In this document: positions 7,591 to 15,096 of the stretch, piece after piece
Position numbering within the stretch: position 1 is the stretch's first letter
How the letters are laid out: every line of letters starts with the position of its first letter
Assembly: GCA_028275885.1 (NCBI GenBank)
Contig: JAPWTW010000001.1
Coordinates: forward strand, 1 to 32,000
DNA length: 32,000 bases
Reading direction: 5' to 3'
Source of the DNA: Candidatus Nanopusillus sp.
Lineage (GTDB): Archaea > Nanobdellota > Nanobdellia > Nanobdellales > Nanobdellaceae
Program-made: the position numbers and the translations under genes
The notes under the pieces: generated by a model
What the model saw: only the letters and a program-made list of their open reading frames with translations
The model's database searches: none
Told to the model about the DNA's origin: nothing

Positions 7591-8049
7591 CTATTGATTT
7601 GAAATTTTAAATGGTAAAGGAGCCTTTTGTACAATGTTTCCGTATATAAATGAAAATTCATAAGATCCTCTATTTGATAATAAATTACTTATAATTAGAT
7701 CTTCATCTGTACAATTTAATTCAACTACTTCTTGGCTATTTGAAGATAATGTATAATTATTTGTAACTATATTACATGTACCAGTTTGATAACCATTTTG
7801 ACTATATGTATATGTGACTTTCATATTACTTAAATCAATATTAGATCCTGTATTATATATTATTGCATATATACCATTTGAAGTAAAGTACATGTATGAT
7901 ATTTTAAATGATACAGAATTTGATGACGAAGTATTTTTTCCTAAAAGTTTCAATATTACTTGTGGAGGCACAAATAAATATAGAATAACTACAATTCCCA
8001 ATATAATACCAAATATTATAATAAGAGTTGTAAGGAAGTCACTTTTCAT
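7591..8049 (-). CDS. Membrane-anchored beta-rich protein, possibly a second FlaF/FlaG-like or pilin-like protein
   Basis: 152 aa with an N-terminal TM helix 'LTTLIIIFGIILGIVVILYLF' followed by S/T/N-rich beta-strand-like sequence. This includes 'GIYAIIYNTGSNIDLSNMKVTYTY', a pattern seen in archaellin/FlaF/FlaG-type beta-sandwich domains. The stop codon abuts the 3' end of tRNA-Arg. Confidence 0.35.
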   Translation of the reverse strand: MKSDFLTTLIIIFGIILGIVVILYLFVPPQVILKLLGKNTSSSNSVSFKISYMYFTSNGIYAIIYNTGSNIDLSNMKVTYTYSQNGYQTGTCNIVTNNYTLSSNSQEVVELNCTDEDLIISNLLSNRGSYEFSFIYGNIVQKAPLPFKISNQ

Positions 8050-8081
8050 TATTATAGATAATCTTATGATATTTTTAAATT

Positions 8082-9023
8082 TTAGTTTTTTATAACCTTA
8101 AAATCTATACAAACTCTATAATTTCTTGGAGCTATATCGCCAACTTTTAAAATATTTAATATCTCATATTTAAAGTTCAACTCATTAGAATATTTTTCTA
8201 ATAAATCAATTGCCTTCTCTTTTATTTTTTCTTCTTCAAAGAATTGATATAAATGTATTATTCCATTATTCTTTATTAGAGGTATTGCATATTCTAAGAA
8301 TGTATGACTTTCCTTTGGTAATGGCATTATAATTCTGTCAAATTTTTTATTAAATTTTTCTAAATTTTCTAATTCACTAATATGTCTCAATTTTTTATAT
8401 TTTATATTTTTTATTATTTCATCATATTCATAAACATATAAATTATTTATTTCTAATCCAGAATCAATTACATCTTTTATATATTCTTTATCATTTTTTA
8501 ATATCCCATCTCCATTTTCTAAATAACCTATGTACTTTGATATATCTCTTACATCCCCTAACAATGTAATAACATTATTTACTTTATTTATTCTTAAATT
8601 TTCTAATCCATATTTTACTGCGAAAGGATTCAATTCAATTGAATATATTATTTTTGCTTTCGAATATTTTGCTATATATATTGGGTATACATTTACACCA
8701 GAAAACATTACTAAAACTTCCTCATTTTCCCTCACTTGTTTTACAATCCTATATCTTTCATTACTTAATCTTGGAGAATAATAACATCTAGCAACATCTA
8801 CTTTAAATCTTAATCCATATTCAATATTAATTGTTTCAGTTTTATTTTCTCCGTATAAAATTTTATACTTTGGAATCCTATATGGAGGTAAAACATCTGT
8901 CTCTTGTAACAAAATTGTTCTTATAAATTTATGTTTTTCTAATATTCTCTTTACATATTCTTCTTCATCATATTTCAATGGCTTTTTAATTATAGCTATA
9001 TCACCTATAATATCATAAGACAT
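8082..9023 (-). CDS. trm5: tRNA methyltransferase of the Trm5/Taw2 (Met-10+) family, with an internal insertion
   Basis: 'SYDIIGDIAII', 'FKVDVARCYYSPRLSNER', 'VLVMFSGVNVYPIYIA' (SAM-binding region), 'ELNPFAV' and 'DRIIMPLPK'. Confidence 0.8.
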   Translation of the reverse strand: MSYDIIGDIAIIKKPLKYDEEEYVKRILEKHKFIRTILLQETDVLPPYRIPKYKILYGENKTETINIEYGLRFKVDVARCYYSPRLSNERYRIVKQVRENEEVLVMFSGVNVYPIYIAKYSKAKIIYSIELNPFAVKYGLENLRINKVNNVITLLGDVRDISKYIGYLENGDGILKNDKEYIKDVIDSGLEINNLYVYEYDEIIKNIKYKKLRHISELENLEKFNKKFDRIIMPLPKESHTFLEYAIPLIKNNGIIHLYQFFEEEKIKEKAIDLLEKYSNELNFKYEILNILKVGDIAPRNYRVCIDFKVIKN

Positions 9024-9231
9024 AATATATTTTAAATGAAAAACAATAAAAATATTATTTTTTTATTAAATAAATTTATACTATTTATTTTTCTTTTCTT
9101 TATTCTTAATTTTTCTTATTATCTTAAATATATTGATTATTTTATCTTTTAGCAAGTATTGATTTATATATTATATTTTCAGATATCTAAATTGTATGTA
9201 TTATTTCAAAATTTCCATATATTTTGGTTAC

Positions 9232-9276
9232 TTTATAAATATTTATAAATAACCCCTTTATAAATTATTTATAAAC
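9232..9276. repeat. Four closely spaced copies of the palindromic TATA-like octamer TTTATAAA
   Basis: TTTATAAAT occurs at 9232-9240, 9242-9250 and 9257-9265, and TTTATAAAC at 9268-9276. The cluster sits in the middle of a 520-bp ORF-poor gap. Confidence 0.6.
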
Positions 9277-9312
9277 ATTTATTCTGCTCAGGCTTTTACT
9301 ACGTGTTAGTAT

Positions 9313-9507
9313 TCATTTGGAGTTATAAAAAAATGAAAGATTTTTAAATATTTTATACAATAATATATTATGGCAAAGAAGAAAGAAAAGGAACAAAAAG
9401 AACAACAACAAAAAGAACAAAAGAAATAAAGTAGTATAGTCTGTCATATATTTATTTGTGAAAGATATTAAATATAGTAGACGCGGGTTTTTATCGGCTT
9501 TATTCAT
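9313..9507 (-). CDS. Doubtful small ORF (64 aa, one F/L-rich hydrophobic segment)
   Basis: ATG at 9507 with a TTTATAA box about 26-33 nt upstream on the minus strand. One putative TM segment, 'TTLFLLFFLLLFFLFLFFLLCHNILLY'. That segment is only the complement of a 55-nt T-free A/G/C tract, so it may be a low-complexity artefact. Confidence 0.25.
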   Translation of the reverse strand: MNKADKNPRLLYLISFTNKYMTDYTTLFLLFFLLLFFLFLFFLLCHNILLYKIFKNLSFFYNSK

Positions 9508-9544
9508 ATACCTAATTTTTTATTTTTGGCTTATAAATTTTTAT

Positions 9545-11680
9545 TTAAAAATTTATTGAAGGTTTAGTTACAGTCTGTTTTAGCTTATTTATTAAGTTAT
9601 CATCAATCTTATTAAATAGGATTCGTGGTTCTTTAACTATTTCTATAACTATATTATTGGAAAATTGTAGAAGAGTATTAAGGTTATCAAAGGATATTTC
9701 CTTATAATTTATAAATTCAAAGAATTTTTCTGAAGAATTTGGTATAAATGGATATAGCATTGTATATATAGAAATTAATAATATAACTAAAGATTTAACT
9801 AGACTTTTACTATTTTCTGGATTTTCCCATGGTTTATTTTCTTGAAATATTTTATTTCCATAATTAGATAATTCCAATATTTTCCTTAATGCTAAATTAA
9901 ATTCTCCTTTACCCATATATTTATAATATTCATTTAATGTATTATTTATTGTATTTATAATATCCTTTCTAACATTACCATCTATTTTATTATTATAATA
10001 TTTTCTAACAAAAGATAAAATTCTATGAGTAAGATTTCCTATATTATTTACAAGTTCATTATTTATAACAGATTGAAAATCTTCCCATTTAAAGTCAGAA
10101 TCTTTATTATATGGTAGAATATATGAAAGATAAAATCTCCAATAATCTGGACTAAGTTCTGATTTAATTAAAGAATCACAAAATATACCCCAATTTTGAC
10201 TTTTACTAATTTTTCTATTTTCATATGTTAAATAAGATAGTCCAATTACATTATATGGTAAATTATAATTATCTAATTTTGTATATTCAAAAAATTCTCT
10301 ATAATTATCACTTACATTATGTGTAGATAATAAAATTGCTGGCCAAAATACTGCATGAAATGGAATATTATCTTTTCCTAAAAAATGATATACCTTTCCA
10401 TTTATCCAAAATTCCCTCCAATTAATATCTAAAATGATTTTTATAACTTTTTTATTTTCAAATAAGAATTTTAATATTTTATATAAATTAAAAAATTCAC
10501 TGTATAATCCAGATAAATATAAAATACTTCCATCTATTTTATATTCTAATTCATATATTTTATTATTTACTTTTATTTTAATTATTTTTCCATTATCTTC
10601 CAATAAAGATACATCATTAATATTTTCATCTTTTACATCATCATATAAATATTCTCCTTTTAATTTTTGAGCAGCAAATGATATATATCCAATTAGTGCA
10701 TCATACCAAACATATATTACTTTATCTTTATACTCTTCAAAATGATTATATAGATTTAATATACTATCAATTTTTGGCCAATTTTCTTCTACAATTTTTA
10801 AAATATATGTATATTCATCTGTATTTATTACCAAACCTTCTTCTTTTAATGCATTTATTAAAGAATCAATAAAAGAATCTTTTGAATTGAATGATAATTT
10901 ATTAAATATTTTCTTAATTGTTATTTGCCATAATTCTCTATATGGGACTGGTACTCCGAAAGATAAATCTCTAGTTATACTTCTTTCTTTTAAACCTTCT
11001 TTTATCCATGATAAAGACATTGTTATTGCTAAATCTGTAAATATACCTTTTTTACTTTCTAAATATTCCTTTATTTTATCCTCTAACTTAGTTAAGTTTA
11101 AATATAAATGTTTTGTTTTTCTAAATACAATTTTATTTCCAGTGATTGAATTCTTTGGATCAATTAATTCTTTTGGATCTAATAGTCTACCACAATTTTC
11201 ACATTGATCCCCTCTAGCATTTTCATATCCACAATATGGACATTTTCCTACAACAAATCTATCTGCTAAAAATTTATTCCATTCAGGATCATATGGTAAT
11301 TCGACTTCTTTTTCTACTATATATCCATTTATATATGCTTTAATAAATAATTCTTGGACTATTCTATAATGTAAAGGATTATTTGATGTTTGACTAAATT
11401 GATCAAAAGAAAAATTAAACCATTTATATATTTCTTTATGTACATTATGAAAGAATTTAACAATTTCTTCGGGTTTTTTATTTCTTTTAATTGTCTCTAC
11501 TTCTGTAGTAGATCCATGATCATCTGTTCCACATAAATAAAATACAATATTACCTTTCAATCTATTGTATCTTGCAAATATATCTGAAGGTAAAAGACTT
11601 CCAGCAACATGTCCTATATGTGGTACATTATTTACATATGGCAATGCTGATGTAATTAATACAATATCTTTACTTTCCAT
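9545..11680 (-). CDS. metG: Methionyl-tRNA synthetase with two large insertions, no C-terminal tRNA-binding appendix
   Basis: HIGH 'VPHIGHVAGS', zinc knuckle 'CPYCGYENARGDQCENCG', 'VIYVWYDALIGYIS', 'YHFLGKDNIPFHAVFWPA' and KMSKS variant 'KISKS'. Confidence 0.93.
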   Translation of the reverse strand: MESKDIVLITSALPYVNNVPHIGHVAGSLLPSDIFARYNRLKGNIVFYLCGTDDHGSTTEVETIKRNKKPEEIVKFFHNVHKEIYKWFNFSFDQFSQTSNNPLHYRIVQELFIKAYINGYIVEKEVELPYDPEWNKFLADRFVVGKCPYCGYENARGDQCENCGRLLDPKELIDPKNSITGNKIVFRKTKHLYLNLTKLEDKIKEYLESKKGIFTDLAITMSLSWIKEGLKERSITRDLSFGVPVPYRELWQITIKKIFNKLSFNSKDSFIDSLINALKEEGLVINTDEYTYILKIVEENWPKIDSILNLYNHFEEYKDKVIYVWYDALIGYISFAAQKLKGEYLYDDVKDENINDVSLLEDNGKIIKIKVNNKIYELEYKIDGSILYLSGLYSEFFNLYKILKFLFENKKVIKIILDINWREFWINGKVYHFLGKDNIPFHAVFWPAILLSTHNVSDNYREFFEYTKLDNYNLPYNVIGLSYLTYENRKISKSQNWGIFCDSLIKSELSPDYWRFYLSYILPYNKDSDFKWEDFQSVINNELVNNIGNLTHRILSFVRKYYNNKIDGNVRKDIINTINNTLNEYYKYMGKGEFNLALRKILELSNYGNKIFQENKPWENPENSKSLVKSLVILLISIYTMLYPFIPNSSEKFFEFINYKEISFDNLNTLLQFSNNIVIEIVKEPRILFNKIDDNLINKLKQTVTKPSINF

Positions 11681-11711
11681 AAGATCTTTGTTAATTATTA
11701 TTTTTATAAAT

Positions 11712-14144
11712 TCATAATAGTTCTTCTATATCTTCTTTATTCCTTAATACAAAATTTGTATATATTTCAGAATAATGACTGAATTTTATTATATCATTCT
11801 TATATTTTGGCAAGTTTTTTATCATAAATTGTTTTATATCCTTTACAATACTTCCAGTATACGCTTCAAATAAACTTCTTATAACATCTCTTATAACTAA
11901 ATATACATTCTCATATTTTTTTATCTCACTAATATTATCCTTAAACCATTGATATAATACATAAACAACTTCTGGATTTTTTGATATATTTGTAAATAAA
12001 GTTCTCCAATCTTGTAATTTTATATAATTATCTATTGCTTTATCCAATAAATCTACAATTATATTAGTCCTTCTAAAGTTAGATAATCCTCTTAATAGTA
12101 TTATCCTTTCCTCTGGATTCTGAGATCTAGAATATAAATTATACATTCTTATATATTCATTTGTTCCTCCATGCAAACCAATTATATCGGAAATAACTTG
12201 TCTATCATTATTATTTAATTTTTCCCATTCTTTAAACTTATTAAATGAATCTTTTATTATATTATAATCATTTAAGAATCCTAATACTTTATATGCCAAT
12301 CTTTTTACTATCAAACTATTGTAATCCTTTATTTCTATATTATAATAATTCTTAAATATATCTTTATAATGTTCAAATATTCTTTTTTCTTCTATATTAA
12401 AATAAAATGATATATTATACAAGATTGTATATAATATTGATAAAACTAACCAATTATCTTCATTTCTATAATATTCAATTAATTCAAATAATTTCTTCAA
12501 TCTAATTTTATTCATTAATGCTAATAAATAAAAATCATGTAAAATAACAGCTCTACTTAATGGTGATATTTTCTTTTCTTTAATAGCGTTTCCTATATAT
12601 TCTAATTTTTCATAATTTGATACATAAAAACCTATAGCATCTCTATTAATTATAAAGTATCTTGGATCCCTTTTAAGTATAATCTTTCCCTTTGATTTAT
12701 TAAATAATATGTTCATTTTTTCTCCTTCAATATCTAAAAATAACGGTATTGTCCACTTTTTATTTTCTTTCTTATTATATAAAAACCTTGATTGAGATAG
12801 ATGTATTACAAGATTATTATAATGTACATTTATTATTGGATAACCTGGAGAATTCACAAATTTTTCAATTATTTCTCTTATATATTTTCCTCCAATTAAT
12901 TCAAATTCTTTAAATAGATCCGAAGAGCTGGCATTTGAATATTTATATTTATGTAAATAATTTATTATTGCAACTCTAAATTTATCATATCCAAGATAAT
13001 TGTCTATCATTCTCAATATATTTCCACCCTTTCCATAACTTATACTATCAAAAATACCCTCAATTTCTTCTTCTTTTTCCACTTTAACATTTATTGGATG
13101 TGTATAAATTGTTGAATCTTCAAATTTTGCTTTATATGTATCAGCAATATACATGTAATTTGATCCAATATTATCTTCATTTAATAATTCATCCATAGCT
13201 TTATATGCCATATATGTTGCAAAAGATTCATTTAACCAAAGATCATCCCACCATTTTATAGTAACTAAATTTCCAGACCATTGATGCCATAATTCATGAG
13301 CTATAACTTCATATATTCTTAATCTTTGGTTATATGAATAATAGTCTTCTTTATATAATAGTGCAGATTCTCTAAATGTAATTGCACCCCAATTTTCCAT
13401 TGCTTCATCAGCAAAATCTGGTATTGCAATCAAATCTAATTTTTCTAATGGATATTCTATTGATGAATATTTTTCATAATATTTTAATACTTTTTTTGCC
13501 CAATCTAAAGCATTTTCTCCATCCTTAGCTTTACCAATATCAGTAACAATTCTTATTCTTTTATTTTCATATTTATCTTCTAGATAATCAAATTTTCCTA
13601 TTCCTAAATATAATAAATATGTTGACATTGGAGGAGTCTTCTTAAATTTTACAATTTTATAATCCTCATTTGTTTCTTCATTTTCTATTTCTGTATTTGA
13701 TATTATATCATAATCTTTATTTACTTTTACTTCTAGTTCAAATTCTGCTTTAAATTCAGGTTCGTCAAAACATGGAATAAAATATCTTGCATATGTAGGT
13801 TTGAATTGTGTAGTCAATATTTTATCTTTTCCTATACTTAAGTAAAATCCAATTAGATCATTCCTTATCTTTCCTCTAAATTTTATATATAATTTCTTTT
13901 TACCATAATATTTATTATATAGATTTATTTCAATTGTTTCGTTATCTACATTTCTAAAACTTACCTTTTTATTATCTAACTTTATTAACTCTATTTTTAT
14001 ATCTCTTGAATGTAAGTATATTTTATTTGTAGGTTTGTTTATATCAATTTCTATATCTTCATTTCCCCTATATTCTAAATTATTAATATCAATATCTAAT
14101 TTTATATAATATTTGATTGGTTTTACATCTTTAGGTAATCTCAT
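11712..14144 (-). CDS. M1-family zinc aminopeptidase (aminopeptidase N / tricorn-interacting factor F2/F3-like)
   Basis: Exopeptidase motif 'EAMENWGAITF' and zinc site 'HELWHQWSGNLVTIKWWDDLWLNESFATY' (HExxH-x18-E). 810 aa. Confidence 0.9.
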   Translation of the reverse strand: MRLPKDVKPIKYYIKLDIDINNLEYRGNEDIEIDINKPTNKIYLHSRDIKIELIKLDNKKVSFRNVDNETIEINLYNKYYGKKKLYIKFRGKIRNDLIGFYLSIGKDKILTTQFKPTYARYFIPCFDEPEFKAEFELEVKVNKDYDIISNTEIENEETNEDYKIVKFKKTPPMSTYLLYLGIGKFDYLEDKYENKRIRIVTDIGKAKDGENALDWAKKVLKYYEKYSSIEYPLEKLDLIAIPDFADEAMENWGAITFRESALLYKEDYYSYNQRLRIYEVIAHELWHQWSGNLVTIKWWDDLWLNESFATYMAYKAMDELLNEDNIGSNYMYIADTYKAKFEDSTIYTHPINVKVEKEEEIEGIFDSISYGKGGNILRMIDNYLGYDKFRVAIINYLHKYKYSNASSSDLFKEFELIGGKYIREIIEKFVNSPGYPIINVHYNNLVIHLSQSRFLYNKKENKKWTIPLFLDIEGEKMNILFNKSKGKIILKRDPRYFIINRDAIGFYVSNYEKLEYIGNAIKEKKISPLSRAVILHDFYLLALMNKIRLKKLFELIEYYRNEDNWLVLSILYTILYNISFYFNIEEKRIFEHYKDIFKNYYNIEIKDYNSLIVKRLAYKVLGFLNDYNIIKDSFNKFKEWEKLNNNDRQVISDIIGLHGGTNEYIRMYNLYSRSQNPEERIILLRGLSNFRRTNIIVDLLDKAIDNYIKLQDWRTLFTNISKNPEVVYVLYQWFKDNISEIKKYENVYLVIRDVIRSLFEAYTGSIVKDIKQFMIKNLPKYKNDIIKFSHYSEIYTNFVLRNKEDIEELL

Positions 14145-14176
14145 TAATATATAAAATATTCCGATATATTTTTAAT

Positions 14177-14809
14177 ATGAATAAGGTTTACAAACTGCTT
14201 GGCCTTCCAATAACAATATGGCTAATAATTATACTCTTTATAGTATATATCATAGAATTAATATACCCGTCAATATTAAATCTAATTGCTTTTCGTCCAT
14301 ATTATGCTATAAGATATCCATGGATGTTTATAACATCAATTTTTGGAGATTATAATTTAAGTCAATTATTCTTTGAGTGCATAGCATTGTTTTTTCTTGG
14401 CTTATCATTTGAATACTTATATGGAAGTAAAGATCTTTTGATATTATTTTTCTTATCCGGTATTATTGGAAATATATTCTTTTTATTTCAATATTATAGT
14501 AATCCGTACGTTGGTGGAATTGGACCTTCTGCTGCTATATCCGGTATTCTTGGTGCATTGGGAATATTAAAACCAAAAGAGAAAGTAATAATATTTCCAA
14601 TAATAATTCCAATGGATATGATATATGCAGCAATATTTTGGGTAATATTTAACTTAATTGGGATGTTTTATCCATTTATACCTTTAGGATTTTCTGCACA
14701 TCTTGGTGGGACATTATTTGGATTTTTATATGGGTATATATTAAAAAGATATAAAGGAAAAGCATCAATAGATAATATTTTCGATAATCAAGAAGAAATT
14801 TATTTATAA
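14177..14809 (+). CDS. Rhomboid-family intramembrane serine protease
   Basis: Polytopic membrane protein with a 'GIGPSAAISGILGA' (GxSxxxxG catalytic Ser) helix and 'SAHLGGTLFGFLYG' (catalytic His). Confidence 0.8.
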   Translation: MNKVYKLLGLPITIWLIIILFIVYIIELIYPSILNLIAFRPYYAIRYPWMFITSIFGDYNLSQLFFECIALFFLGLSFEYLYGSKDLLILFFLSGIIGNIFFLFQYYSNPYVGGIGPSAAISGILGALGILKPKEKVIIFPIIIPMDMIYAAIFWVIFNLIGMFYPFIPLGFSAHLGGTLFGFLYGYILKRYKGKASIDNIFDNQEEIYL

Positions 14810-14856
14810 TTTTTTGCCTAATAAATTATATAAATTATTAAAGTATAATTATTAAA

Positions 14857-15096
14857 ATGGAAGAGAAAGTCAAAAATACAAATGAAAAATTAATAAAAGA
14901 AATAAGAACAAAATTGGCTACATTATCTACAAATACACTCTTAAGATATTATGAGGATATTAAATCAAAGATTATCCCTTCAAATTTATCATATTACTCT
15001 CAATATTTATCATATGAAGAATTATTAGATAGTATTGAAAGAGAATTAATATTAAGAGGAGCTCTAAAAAAGATAAAAAAATTGGATATTCGATAA
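14857..15096 (+). CDS. Hypothetical small protein (79 aa)
   Basis: Clean ATG ORF with K/E/L-rich helical-looking sequence and no recognisable motif. Its stop sits back to back with the thyA stop (TAATTA at 15094-15099). Confidence 0.45.
   Translation: MEEKVKNTNEKLIKEIRTKLATLSTNTLLRYYEDIKSKIIPSNLSYYSQYLSYEELLDSIERELILRGALKKIKKLDIR

Noticed and set aside
7591-8049. Calling the 152-aa protein an archaellin (filament subunit)
   Set aside because: The N-terminus 'MKSDFLTTLIII...' lacks the class III signal peptide cleavage motif (basic residues followed by G/A and then a hydrophobic stretch of the archaellin type). The protein is also shorter than typical archaellins. It is kept only as a FlaF/G-like or pilin-like candidate.
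9024-9544. The long AT-rich gap as a replication origin
   Set aside because: I could find no ORB/mini-ORB-like inverted repeats (G-string elements). No orc1/cdc6 gene is adjacent. The TTTATAAA repeats are better explained as TATA-like boxes. A whole-genome skew analysis would be needed to revisit this.
280-10939. Whether the in-frame insertions in TyrRS, Trm5 and MetRS are inteins or inserted mobile elements
   Set aside because: There is no Cys/Ser/Thr at the insertion N-termini, no terminal His-Asn plus Cys/Ser/Thr junction, and no homing-endonuclease (LAGLIDADG/HNH) motif. At ~20-70 aa they are too short for an intein. Their composition matches host low-complexity N/K/I/Y/E expansion.
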